A program made the translations under genes and the position numbers. From the IMG/VR virus record IMGVR_UViG_3300042450_000799, positions 1-64,000 of that record: DNA of 64,000 bases. The stretch is one strand, 5' to 3'. The notes under the pieces were generated by a model. The model was not told where the DNA came from and made no database searches. It saw only the letters and a list, made by a program, of their open reading frames with translations. Shown here piece by piece: positions 20,016 through 30,369 of the stretch (within the stretch, counting starts at the first letter, position 1; the number at the start of each line of letters is the position of its first letter). The stretch comes from a virus.

Positions 20016-20836
20016 TATGGGTTAATATATTCATACCATTTTATTGGTGAACCCGCACCTATACGGCTATTTAAATAATCAAATACTTGGTAAGTTTTTG
20101 TGGTATAATCTAAAACCACTTTATTATAAAAGTATCTACCACCATCAAATATGAATTTATCGGGTAAAATTCCTTGTGGTTCATTCATCATCTTAACGAA
20201 AACACCAAATCTGCCGTCAAAAAATTTAGCTGACATGTAGAATGTATCAATATTTAAATAAGTTATATCTTTCAACCAATAAATAAAAAACCCTTCTTTA
20301 TCACCAACAAAATCCAGAGTATAAGACGGTTTTCTAATATCAACATTTGGTGTTAATGGTGATATACTCACATTTTCAGTCGCCCCTTGTTGTACAGGAA
20401 TTATGATTGTAAAATAATTAGTTTGACTTTGGGAATCTTTTGTGTCGTAAAAATCAAGTTTAAAAAAAGATTTGGTAAACGGTTTTTCATAAAAATAAAC
20501 CTGTGTTGGTGAAAACCCAGATGGTACCGCATTTGGGAATAAATAACTATTAACCCAATCGGTTGATGTTGTAGACGCAATCACAGGAACACTAGAGTCA
20601 TAAAAATGAAAATCATATTTAATTTCAGTTTTTTGATTTGGTTCATAAGATAAATGACTAAATCTTGATACCTCATAATCTTTAGCAATACCAATAACAT
20701 CCGTTAAAACATCTTCTTCATAAATCTCAATACTATCATCTCTACCATAGAAATCCCATTTAATTTCAATAGGTAAATCGATAGCTTTGTTTCCCGTTGG
20801 GATGGTAAATAAAAATTTGTTACTCACAATTATCAA
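20015..20836 (-). CDS. Structural-cluster hypothetical protein (start may be GTG at 20827)
   Basis: Overlaps both neighbours; FTKSFFKLDFYD motif. Confidence 0.7.
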   Translation of the reverse strand: MIIVSNKFLFTIPTGNKAIDLPIEIKWDFYGRDDSIEIYEEDVLTDVIGIAKDYEVSRFSHLSYEPNQKTEIKYDFHFYDSSVPVIASTTSTDWVNSYLFPNAVPSGFSPTQVYFYEKPFTKSFFKLDFYDTKDSQSQTNYFTIIIPVQQGATENVSISPLTPNVDIRKPSYTLDFVGDKEGFFIYWLKDITYLNIDTFYMSAKFFDGRFGVFVKMMNEPQGILPDKFIFDGGRYFYNKVVLDYTTKTYQVFDYLNSRIGAGSPIKWYEYINP

Positions 20837-22607
20837 TGGTTGGATCTGCGATTATGGTTTGTTCACTATAATTAGTTCCTTCTGGTATTATTCTAAAAAT
20901 AATATTACGAAAAGGGTAGTGAACACCGTTTAAAAAGGGGTAATTTACGCCAATACCACCACTATCAACAAACCCATACGGATATAAATCTCTCCATATA
21001 AACGAATCTTTAGTTGTTGAGAAATGAGCATAATCCGGTATCCCAACAACATTTTTAATATCACCATCTTCAATATAATCTGAAAACACCCTTGTTGTTA
21101 ACACATGATGTGGTTGATAATAATACCCAAGTTGATTCTCCACCGTAGTCCCAATTCTAAATGAAAAAGGATTAAATCTTAATTTGTGAAATATGTTTGA
21201 GACAACCCTCTCTTTTTGGTCATAATCATTCCATTCACAATAATCACCATCAATAACATCCCCCTCTTTAAGGGATTCAATATATGTGAATGTTATTGGC
21301 CCTGATGCTGGGCCAAACCCTGTACTAATAGGGGTTGTATACGTATTAATTGGGAAATTACAATCGGAATTACTTTGTCCATTCGACCACCAAGAACTAG
21401 GTTGACCTAATGGGTTTAAAGGTAAGTTAAATTCAAACCCTTGTTTTAATCCGTGATATCCTCCCAACCCATCTGGTATACCAAACATCCATCCAAAATA
21501 ACCTTTATATATAACGGTAAAGAATAATTCAGTTATTGGTCTTTTTTGGTTATCTCTAATCGGATTAACACTAATATCTTTATTAAAAGATAATGTATAA
21601 GATTGAGACCCTTCTTTAATTGATACTCTAGCGATATGGTCAGGTGTTAATCCACTACTTTCATATTGTTTCTTTTGTCCAAAAACATTTTGCTCAAATC
21701 CAGCTTTAACTAAAATAGCATTTTCCGATTCTGTTAATAATTTATTTCTTCTAACATAATACGTTGAAATCGTATCCGCCTCATGGTCATTTAATATCAC
21801 CCTTTTTGCCGTCCCTATTACACCATCATTAAAAACTCCAGGTAAGTATCCAACATCAATAATGTTAAAAACATATTGTTCGCTACCAAAAGTATCAACC
21901 CCTAAAGAATCTATTTGAAATTTATCAATACCATTGTATAAAAAATTTAACTTAACAAATTCACCAACCGACATTCCGTGTTTAACGGGACATCTAAATG
22001 AAATCGTATTCATACCATTATGGGTAGTATTCTCAATAATAAAAGGAATCCCATCGCCCACAACCCACGTCATTGATGCGAACGTCTTTTTATCCGTTGC
22101 GGTCATAATTTTAGTATAATCATTTTCATACCCATAACTAACAAAGAAGTTCCAATTGTAACTTGACGCGCTTTGGGGTATAAATGTTAAATGTTCATTC
22201 GGTGATTGGGTATATCCCATAACATTATAATCTGTTCTAATAAAATCAAATTCATTATACTGGGGAAATCCTGACCACGACACATCGTTAGGGGGATTAG
22301 TACATTGGTCAATAGTCGCAGCAATCGAATTTATATAATATAAATTATTTTCAAATGGGGGGTAATTGGTAAATCCGGAATAAGAGTTTTGAAATAAAAG
22401 TGAAAATTTACACGTAGGTCTAATAACATCAGAATTTTGTCGTTCATCATTAAAAAGTCGTTCTAAATCAACATCAATATTTCTATCAAACTCAACATTC
22501 TCTTTTACTGTCTGTATTAATGGTACGTTAAATAATAATGTTGTGTCCGGAGCGGATTTATAACGTAACGAACCTAAAATTACCCTAATATCTTGTCTAT
22601 TTCCCAT
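20820..22607 (-). CDS. Structural-cluster hypothetical protein (baseplate region)
   Basis: 595-aa ORF within the coupled baseplate operon. Confidence 0.7.
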   Translation of the reverse strand: MGNRQDIRVILGSLRYKSAPDTTLLFNVPLIQTVKENVEFDRNIDVDLERLFNDERQNSDVIRPTCKFSLLFQNSYSGFTNYPPFENNLYYINSIAATIDQCTNPPNDVSWSGFPQYNEFDFIRTDYNVMGYTQSPNEHLTFIPQSASSYNWNFFVSYGYENDYTKIMTATDKKTFASMTWVVGDGIPFIIENTTHNGMNTISFRCPVKHGMSVGEFVKLNFLYNGIDKFQIDSLGVDTFGSEQYVFNIIDVGYLPGVFNDGVIGTAKRVILNDHEADTISTYYVRRNKLLTESENAILVKAGFEQNVFGQKKQYESSGLTPDHIARVSIKEGSQSYTLSFNKDISVNPIRDNQKRPITELFFTVIYKGYFGWMFGIPDGLGGYHGLKQGFEFNLPLNPLGQPSSWWSNGQSNSDCNFPINTYTTPISTGFGPASGPITFTYIESLKEGDVIDGDYCEWNDYDQKERVVSNIFHKLRFNPFSFRIGTTVENQLGYYYQPHHVLTTRVFSDYIEDGDIKNVVGIPDYAHFSTTKDSFIWRDLYPYGFVDSGGIGVNYPFLNGVHYPFRNIIFRIIPEGTNYSEQTIIADPTIDNCE

Positions 22608-22608
22608 A

Positions 22609-25600
22609 TTAATCAGTTATTGTTTCAAATGATAACCATTTAGTCGCAAATCTATCGAAAGATGTTTTACCCTTTTTAAGTCCAAAATAAAAATGGAATG
22701 GTGCCCCTACGGTTATTGTTCTGGATAATGGTATATTAGGGTCTTGTGTTGTAGGGTTAGGTTCATATAGACCAGCACCATCAACTTGATATATATACCC
22801 TTTAAAATCTTTAATGTTTGACGTTGATCCTCTAAAATATCTTGAATTTGGGTCAAGCCTATCCAAAGTTTGGTATTTATGTGTGAAAAACTTAAATCCA
22901 CTAATTGGTGATGTATACCAATCATTACTTTGACTACCAAAGATACTATCACCGACCGAATTTGATTTAACTTCCCATTGATATAACGGGATTTCTTGAG
23001 TAAACACGTTGATATTATTGAACGTGCACGAATCCGTAATCGCAGCATTATTATTAATAATCGTTCTCCGAGGTGTAATAAAGTCTCTAACTTGAGTATC
23101 AGATGAAAAGAATATACCAATAATCCCATTACCAACGGTAAAACTATTAAAATAAATAGGGTCTTGGGGTGGACCTGGAGCTGTCGGATAATTCTCTGGC
23201 TCAAAATCAGCAACCCCCAACTCAGAACTAATCGATATCATTTGAGCATAATCCGCATCCACAAATTGTTTACTTCTTTTATCAAAATAAGATAAAACAT
23301 TTGCCCCTCCTGTCCCAAACATTTGACCCAAGAAACTTGTATTCGTTAATCTACTAATAATAAATAAATTTAAAATCTCAGAAATATCTGTAAATGTTGT
23401 TTCACCTAAATTATTAACAACATACCCATCATAATCATCGGACATCGTAATTTCTTGTAGATACTGACTTCTAGGTCCTAAGTCCATAATTGTTGTTGGA
23501 TATTTTAAATTTTTAGAATTCCCACCATAAGTGCCACTACCTGACAAAGGTGTTGGAGCATCCGACCCAATAAACCCAACACCATTTTTCCATGGACTAC
23601 TCCTATAATAAAAATTGTTTGTGGGATGTAAAACCAATGTGTCCCTACAATATTTACTATAAGGTCGATTTAAAGAATCATAAAATCTATCATTTTTAAA
23701 TGAAAACGCGTATAACGATCCATTAATCCAATTGTTAGTGAATATATGAGACCATACATTACGACAAGCAGCAAACGTTATTTGTAATCTTGACGACCAT
23801 TCAGTAATTAAACGAAGATCCCTCGGTAAACTTAAAAAGATTGTCGTTACTAATACATAACACCCATTTACCATAATATTTTTACCTTCACATGTATAAC
23901 AGTCGTCACCATCTGGTGCAACGTCAACTTCATTTACATTTGGTAGATAACAACTTAATGGAACCATACCCCCACAAGTAAAGGTCTCTAAAATCGATGT
24001 GCTCACACCTGTAAAAGCTTCTTCTGAAAATTCTCCCGAATCAGAAATAGATGGAGAATTAGAAGCAGTACCTCCCAACGTAGACGATGTCCCTTCATCA
24101 CTAATTAAAAACGCCCCAAAGCTAGTATTACTATGTAATGCGTAACTATTATTAAGATTATTAACTACTGATGTGGATGTTGGTAATCTGTCCGATCTCA
24201 TAACAATTTGATTACCCGAAGAACCTAAATTAGTATAACTATATGTTCCCGAATATCTTGGTGCGTAATAAATAGCATTATAACCAAGATACGAATTATT
24301 AGGTTTCATTATAATATTTTGTAACATAACGGATCCCCCATCAACAATCTCATTTATAAAATAACCTCTATTATCCGATGAATAAGTATTAACCGTCCAA
24401 TCATAATATCCGCAGATCCCAGGGATAGGTGGTAGCCAAACATATTGATCCCACTCAATTGTAAATCCATTATACGCCCAATCAATTAATGGATCAGGAA
24501 CGAATGAATTAATTGATGCGGATTTAGTAGACAGTTCAGTATGACAAGCCGCATATAACCCTGGTGATCCCGCAGCAGGGACAAAACTAATATTACTATC
24601 ATCAAGAGATGAATAATAACTTGGTAAATTTGATGTAAAACCCGTAAAACCAGCATTTGCTGGGATAGGTTCAGGTAGAAAATGAAATGAGTCATAATAT
24701 AAATTCTCAGTAGTCCATGGATCTGATTGTGTAACATCAGATGTCATATTATGTCTAACAGAAGCAAACGACCCTTGTATTGGGTAATTTAATTTATACA
24801 GTAATGTTGGCCCACCCACAACTAACGACGGAACACTAGTTGGATATCCAAATAATTTACTTAAATCGTATGAATTTTGTAACCTTGTTGAGTTAGGGTC
24901 AACACCTCTAACTAAAAACGTCAAAACTTGTAAACCCCCATCTAAATATGACTGTAAAGGATTCTCCCTCAGAATAAGAGGTGAACCAGACCCAGCTGAA
25001 GATTCAAACGCACAATTATTACCAGTAACATATGTGAAAACCATATCGTTATTTAAATAACGATTATTTAAAGTAATGTCACTACCAACAGGGTTAGATA
25101 ACCCTGAGAATGAATTATATGTCATTGCCGTAATAACTTGATAATATTCAATATCAATTGGGAATTTGGCGTATAATGCATCAGTAGGATCTTGATTTAT
25201 TATATATAGTGAGTTTGGTGGCGATATCGTACCTGACCCATCAGGGTTCGCATAATTAATTTGTAACGTTCCCGAATTATTTATAGTTGTTCCTGTTATA
25301 CTTTTACTTCCAAATTGGTTATATGTAGTAAACCCAGTAATATTAACATCTGTTGATAACATAGGGTCTTGGAAGGAAATTAATTGTCCTGGTTGAAGTA
25401 GGGATGAGTTAGATGGTTGACATGAAATAACCAATACATTATCATAATGAAATTTTGCCAATGGATTATTTAATGTTGTGTCAAACGTAACTTTAATCCT
25501 ATTCTCCCCACCACCTGGATTTAAACCACCAAGATTATCAAAATATTTAGCTTTATTATTGAATAAATTAATTCTTTCCGCCAAAGTAATACTTGTTGTG

Positions 25601-27693
25601 AATATCTGTCCGTTATTACTAGGATCCCCATATGACTGAAGTTGAGGGGCTAATGATGTTGGTGTTGGGTGAAGAGTGTCTATATACGCACCCCCCATTA
25701 TATTTTGAAACTTATATGGTTCCGACCATCCAGGATTAACATTTTGATAATTACCCGCTAATGTATATGTTGATAAAAATGCTGAGGATGGAGGCTGGGG
25801 TGGAATAGACCCACCAACACTAGCGGCCGAAGCTCCCGTTTCATCAATTGATGTACCTTCATCACACGAACACATTTCACAGTCAGGGTACGATAAATTA
25901 GGTATGGTTATGTTTTTGAAATTTTCTCTAACCTTATATATCTTAATTGTTAAAAACGTAACTGTAATCGCCCCAAGTAAACAAGCCAAACCAATTAATG
26001 CAAATGGTAAAATTAAAAGTAACGCAGGAAAAGACACCCCCGCTGCTATAAAATTTTGAACCGCTAAAGTAATCAGATATAAACCCAACATTACTAAAAG
26101 TGGTATTAATACGAAATTAACCAAAAAAGCAAAAATGTGCATCAAGATTACTGTTATGTACACCAAGGGTTTTGTTATAAAAAATAATATAATAAATAAC
26201 AAATAAATAAGATCAAATCTTAATACAGAATCATTAGTAGGATATTTAACAATCTCACTTTCACATGAATCATCCATGATATTTTTAATCGATACCATCC
26301 TATTTGATAAATATCCTTTCCTATATTGATCCATTAATTGTGAAACGGTATAAACTTTATTATACATCATCTCATAAAAAGTATCTTCACAATTAACAGC
26401 CGATGGTACATCCGCATAATCATTCCAATCTAAGCTAAACGCATATGATTTAATCGCGTCTTGATAGATAACACTTGACGGGGAATATTTTAGAGGGTCG
26501 TCATCACTACTTACCCACCCATACTCTCTAATATTAGGTACCAAGAAATATCCTCTCTTAACCGGCTCACTCAATGTTGTAGACTGATTCCATTTTACTT
26601 TAAAACGATATTTCCCCTTTGTTGGGACACCCTTTTTAGAATCATTAGATAAAACTCTCTCCCCAAACTCATTAGTGATCACATAATCCATATTCATTGG
26701 GACATCAATTAACCAAGTTCCATTATCATCAATGACTTGACCACCACCCTCTAATTCAACAGTCTCCAATATAGGTTGACCATTAATATCAGGATAAATT
26801 GTTTGTCTTATGGCTAAAATTTCTCCAGGACCCGCAACTAAATTACAAAGGTTCCCTTGTTTTACTTTTGGTTTACAATTTCTTTTCTGAAACTGATCGT
26901 CATTAGATGACATAATAGACCCCATGAATATTGATGTTGGGGTTATCAAAATATTAGCCCCCGATGTCAAATCAAAATCAGTTCTTGTTACTCCTAAATT
27001 ACAAACCTCAGGTTGTCCCCATAATGGTTCCACCTCAATATTATTATTCAAACTTATTATTTGAGGTAATTCATTTAAATTTGTCGAGCTTTTAAATTTA
27101 TTTCCAGCAACTTGATCCGGAGTAGCAACACCCATACGAATTAAATCCTGAGGTGATAATGAAAACTCCCCAATGTCCGATAAATCAACATCAACATGAA
27201 TTGTTTGATCCCCAGTTGGTACACCAAATATCATGTAATCACCACTTTCATTAGTTTTTGCCGTATACTTATAATACTTGTCATAAACCTCAATAAGTGT
27301 TGGTTCAACTAAAACATCATGTTTATCAAAAAAAGAACCTGTTGGTGAATGATTACTATATGATGGTAGATATGGTAATAAATTATATCTATATCCATCC
27401 TCATTTAAATCTGTTAATGTTTTATATGGATATAACTCGGAAATAATAGGGTTTGCTGCGTCAGTATCCGATAAAGGTATAAAGACCGATACTTTGGCAT
27501 TAGGTATTCCAAAACCATCATTCGCGGTAACTCTACCAATAACAACCCCATAATCGGAACATTGTCTTGTATATATTTGACTCGGTAATATTTTAAGGGA
27601 TAAAATCTCAAGATATTCAAAATCTTGGTCGATTAAAATCTTAATTGATTTATCCACCCCTACTTGAGTTCTTATCCTATATGAATTTGACAT
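22609..27693 (-). CDS. Very large baseplate-region protein with N-terminal carboxypeptidase-regulatory-like beta sandwich and an internal hydrophobic segment
   Basis: GRV...G.GIPNAKVSV...TNESGDYMI.GVPTG motif; about 95-aa hydrophobic stretch; directly follows gp6-like gene. Confidence 0.7.
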   Translation of the reverse strand: MSNSYRIRTQVGVDKSIKILIDQDFEYLEILSLKILPSQIYTRQCSDYGVVIGRVTANDGFGIPNAKVSVFIPLSDTDAANPIISELYPYKTLTDLNEDGYRYNLLPYLPSYSNHSPTGSFFDKHDVLVEPTLIEVYDKYYKYTAKTNESGDYMIFGVPTGDQTIHVDVDLSDIGEFSLSPQDLIRMGVATPDQVAGNKFKSSTNLNELPQIISLNNNIEVEPLWGQPEVCNLGVTRTDFDLTSGANILITPTSIFMGSIMSSNDDQFQKRNCKPKVKQGNLCNLVAGPGEILAIRQTIYPDINGQPILETVELEGGGQVIDDNGTWLIDVPMNMDYVITNEFGERVLSNDSKKGVPTKGKYRFKVKWNQSTTLSEPVKRGYFLVPNIREYGWVSSDDDPLKYSPSSVIYQDAIKSYAFSLDWNDYADVPSAVNCEDTFYEMMYNKVYTVSQLMDQYRKGYLSNRMVSIKNIMDDSCESEIVKYPTNDSVLRFDLIYLLFIILFFITKPLVYITVILMHIFAFLVNFVLIPLLVMLGLYLITLAVQNFIAAGVSFPALLLILPFALIGLACLLGAITVTFLTIKIYKVRENFKNITIPNLSYPDCEMCSCDEGTSIDETGASAASVGGSIPPQPPSSAFLSTYTLAGNYQNVNPGWSEPYKFQNIMGGAYIDTLHPTPTSLAPQLQSYGDPSNNGQIFTTSITLAERINLFNNKAKYFDNLGGLNPGGGENRIKVTFDTTLNNPLAKFHYDNVLVISCQPSNSSLLQPGQLISFQDPMLSTDVNITGFTTYNQFGSKSITGTTINNSGTLQINYANPDGSGTISPPNSLYIINQDPTDALYAKFPIDIEYYQVITAMTYNSFSGLSNPVGSDITLNNRYLNNDMVFTYVTGNNCAFESSAGSGSPLILRENPLQSYLDGGLQVLTFLVRGVDPNSTRLQNSYDLSKLFGYPTSVPSLVVGGPTLLYKLNYPIQGSFASVRHNMTSDVTQSDPWTTENLYYDSFHFLPEPIPANAGFTGFTSNLPSYYSSLDDSNISFVPAAGSPGLYAACHTELSTKSASINSFVPDPLIDWAYNGFTIEWDQYVWLPPIPGICGYYDWTVNTYSSDNRGYFINEIVDGGSVMLQNIIMKPNNSYLGYNAIYYAPRYSGTYSYTNLGSSGNQIVMRSDRLPTSTSVVNNLNNSYALHSNTSFGAFLISDEGTSSTLGGTASNSPSISDSGEFSEEAFTGVSTSILETFTCGGMVPLSCYLPNVNEVDVAPDGDDCYTCEGKNIMVNGCYVLVTTIFLSLPRDLRLITEWSSRLQITFAACRNVWSHIFTNNWINGSLYAFSFKNDRFYDSLNRPYSKYCRDTLVLHPTNNFYYRSSPWKNGVGFIGSDAPTPLSGSGTYGGNSKNLKYPTTIMDLGPRSQYLQEITMSDDYDGYVVNNLGETTFTDISEILNLFIISRLTNTSFLGQMFGTGGANVLSYFDKRSKQFVDADYAQMISISSELGVADFEPENYPTAPGPPQDPIYFNSFTVGNGIIGIFFSSDTQVRDFITPRRTIINNNAAITDSCTFNNINVFTQEIPLYQWEVKSNSVGDSIFGSQSNDWYTSPISGFKFFTHKYQTLDRLDPNSRYFRGSTSNIKDFKGYIYQVDGAGLYEPNPTTQDPNIPLSRTITVGAPFHFYFGLKKGKTSFDRFATKWLSFETITD

Positions 27694-27766
27694 TATTGGT
27701 CTTTTTTGATAAATAGTTTATATGCTACTTTCAAAAAGATAAACCATTATTTATATAAATAAATTA

Positions 27767-29605
27767 TCAGGTGAAATTAACTGTTTTTAAATTCTTAACC
27801 CTAACATTAATATCTTTATTTGGAAATCTTACTTGATACGTCTGACTTGGTTCCGCAAATATTGTCTCATCAATCAACTCAATCTCTCTAGTATCAAGAT
27901 CTAAATATTTTTGAGATGTTTGAGATGATGAGTATTGCCCACCAACTTTATTAAAAACTTGAATATTCGAAACTGAAATAACACCATTTTCACTTTGTAT
28001 TTCTCTCCTAATTTCAGAAATATATACATTCTGACCCATCTGTCTATTTGAAGGATCAAAATATGTTGAAACAATATTAACAATTTTAGAAATCAACGAT
28101 CCCTGATTTTGACTATTATCTAACACGACATCTAAGTTCATACCTAAGTCAATAACACTTGCTGTCTCAACCGATATGTAATCATTAATCATTCTATAGT
28201 TAGATAAATAATTAGCTACATTATTTTTCAATGTGTTTGAAACAATTTCGGTTAGTTTACCCGAATCATCATAAGACAACATTTTTATTTTAATCTTATT
28301 ATTTTCTTCCGTTATCGCCACCTTAGCAGGAGCTCCAAACTGTGAGGGCATTGTTCTAATAAGAGAATCATAATCATTAACAGTTACCGCCCTATTTTGT
28401 GCCGAGAAATTAAACCCAACTAAATTTCTTACCTCTTCTGTTGTTGGAGATGCTGACCCCCCAATTGCCGCTGTAACATTATTACAACTTAATGAATTAA
28501 CAACACTAGTGTTAATAGAATCTGAAGGCCCATTAACAAAGAAAGAAACCGTACCAATTTGAGATATAACATTAACACCCAAATTACTTCCTGTACCACC
28601 TCCAATTCTATATTGAATGAACATTGTTGTATTAGATTTAATAGTACTACCTAATGCCAAATTATTAGAATATTTATATAGATTTAATTCATATCCATTT
28701 CTCGCAAACTCTCTTAATTGTTCATCCGCAGATTGACTACCACCACCAAAAGTCATTTTTAAAAACCCTTCTGGAGTAAATTCAGTTATAAATTTATCGC
28801 TCGTCTCAATATACTTCCCAACTTTAATACCCGGTCGATCAGACACTTTAGTAGGATCTTCAATGAAGACTCTATCTTCAACTAAAGCCTTAACTTCATA
28901 CCATCTATTATCTAACCCTAAAAATTCTTGTGAAGAAGGCATATTAGCATATTGAGTTCCGTCTTTTAATAAAACACTTGTTATACCTAAAACGTTTTTT
29001 TCAGGTAAAAACATTTCAAAAAATGGTTTAACATCATTAGGTGTCATAACTCTTTTAAACACCTTAGTTATACCATTAACAACAGTTTCTCTTTTTACAA
29101 TCGTATAATTAAGTAATTTATTATTTGAATCAAAATTAGGAATTTTTAATCTATTAGGATATCCATCAGCATTAAGACCCGATGAGAAATCAATATCATA
29201 AACAGTTTCAAATACTTGACCAGCACCACTAACTTGAGACCCTCTTCTTAATATACCACAATACCTTAAATCTTCTTTATCCCCAAAAGCAGGAACAGTT
29301 ATAGAGAAATCAACTAAAGCAACCGACGGTCTTTGACCAGGAATCTTTAATCCATAAGTTCTTGCAATATTAAAAATTGACGATCTTTGTTGAGCATATT
29401 GTAAAACAGTTTCCTGAATACTTCTATCAATATTAAACTGTAAGTTATCACTAACAGCAGCATTTAAATCTAATAAGGCCGAGAATACTGACGCATCATT
29501 AAAGTTGTCAATTAACTCGGGATAGTATGTTCGAGTAAAATTAATTAATTCAGTCCTTATTGACTGAAAATCCCTTGTCGTATACGATATTTTTTTATTA
29601 GCCAT
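27767..29605 (-). CDS. Baseplate wedge protein (T4 gp6 / P2 gpJ-like)
   Basis: YTTRDFQSIRTEL, AQQRSSIFNIA..GLK, YRIGGG..SN, SAQNRAVT..DY motifs. Confidence 0.88.
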   Translation of the reverse strand: MANKKISYTTRDFQSIRTELINFTRTYYPELIDNFNDASVFSALLDLNAAVSDNLQFNIDRSIQETVLQYAQQRSSIFNIARTYGLKIPGQRPSVALVDFSITVPAFGDKEDLRYCGILRRGSQVSGAGQVFETVYDIDFSSGLNADGYPNRLKIPNFDSNNKLLNYTIVKRETVVNGITKVFKRVMTPNDVKPFFEMFLPEKNVLGITSVLLKDGTQYANMPSSQEFLGLDNRWYEVKALVEDRVFIEDPTKVSDRPGIKVGKYIETSDKFITEFTPEGFLKMTFGGGSQSADEQLREFARNGYELNLYKYSNNLALGSTIKSNTTMFIQYRIGGGTGSNLGVNVISQIGTVSFFVNGPSDSINTSVVNSLSCNNVTAAIGGSASPTTEEVRNLVGFNFSAQNRAVTVNDYDSLIRTMPSQFGAPAKVAITEENNKIKIKMLSYDDSGKLTEIVSNTLKNNVANYLSNYRMINDYISVETASVIDLGMNLDVVLDNSQNQGSLISKIVNIVSTYFDPSNRQMGQNVYISEIRREIQSENGVISVSNIQVFNKVGGQYSSSQTSQKYLDLDTREIELIDETIFAEPSQTYQVRFPNKDINVRVKNLKTVNFT

Positions 29606-29611
29606 ATATTA

Positions 29612-30067
29612 TTAAATATTAATGATTACAAAATCACTCTGATTAAATGCTGAATCAGTAACTATATAATCAATCTTAATTTTAGCGGTATGTTCTTTTT
29701 CACTAATACCAGGAACCCGATAAACTCTTGAATCCCCATCAACATAAGTACCTTTATCTTCCTCTCCATTAGAAGCGTCAGTTACACTTATTTTAGTTAT
29801 AGTAATTCCCGGAATATATTCAGAGACTGAATCTCTTATCTCCGCCTCAATATCCGAAAATGTTGGCCCATCCATAGGTTCAAAAATGTATTCATAAAGT
29901 CTAGTTCCAAAATCAGGTAAATAATATCTAGTACCTTTTCTTGTTAATAATAAATGAATCAAATTTGATCTAATCTCCTCATCAGCAAAATTTGATAACG
30001 AAACATAATTACCTTTTAAAGAATCTCTAAAAGGGAAGTTAATACCATATGTTTTTCCTTCTGCCAT
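29612..30067 (-). CDS. Baseplate wedge protein gp25/gpW-like
   Basis: IRSNLIHLLLTRKGTRYYLPDFGTRLYEYIFEP signature. Confidence 0.9.
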   Translation of the reverse strand: MAEGKTYGINFPFRDSLKGNYVSLSNFADEEIRSNLIHLLLTRKGTRYYLPDFGTRLYEYIFEPMDGPTFSDIEAEIRDSVSEYIPGITITKISVTDASNGEEDKGTYVDGDSRVYRVPGISEKEHTAKIKIDYIVTDSAFNQSDFVIINI

Positions 30068-30118
30068 TAATCATAAATATAGTGTTACAATATTTTCGGT
30101 GAATAGATATAAAATAAA

Positions 30119-30142
30119 AAATCACGACAAGTGTCGTGATTT
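30119..30142 (-). terminator. Intrinsic terminator after the RNR operon
   Basis: AAATCACGAC-AAGT-GTCGTGATTT 10-bp stem with T-tracts. Confidence 0.75.
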
Positions 30143-30151
30143 CTTTTACAA

Positions 30152-30364
30152 TTATTTTATAACCGTATTTCCTTTTTCATATCTAGGATTGTAAGGACAA
30201 TGTAAACATTTATTCCCGCAACAACTACCCCTTCGTTTATGATAACTTTCAGTCATCATCATTCTACCTTGTTCCCAATAAAAATCAGTAGGTAGAAATT
30301 TATTTTTGGTAGTAGTTTCTTTAATATGTAATTGGAAGATCCAATCATCTGTTATAATACCCAT
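30152..30364 (-). CDS. Small Cys-rich protein (DUF5522-like)
   Basis: DFYWEQG...TE.YH.RRGSCCGNKCLHCPY motif. Confidence 0.7.
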   Translation of the reverse strand: MGIITDDWIFQLHIKETTTKNKFLPTDFYWEQGRMMMTESYHKRRGSCCGNKCLHCPYNPRYEKGNTVIK

Positions 30365-30369
30365 GTTAA

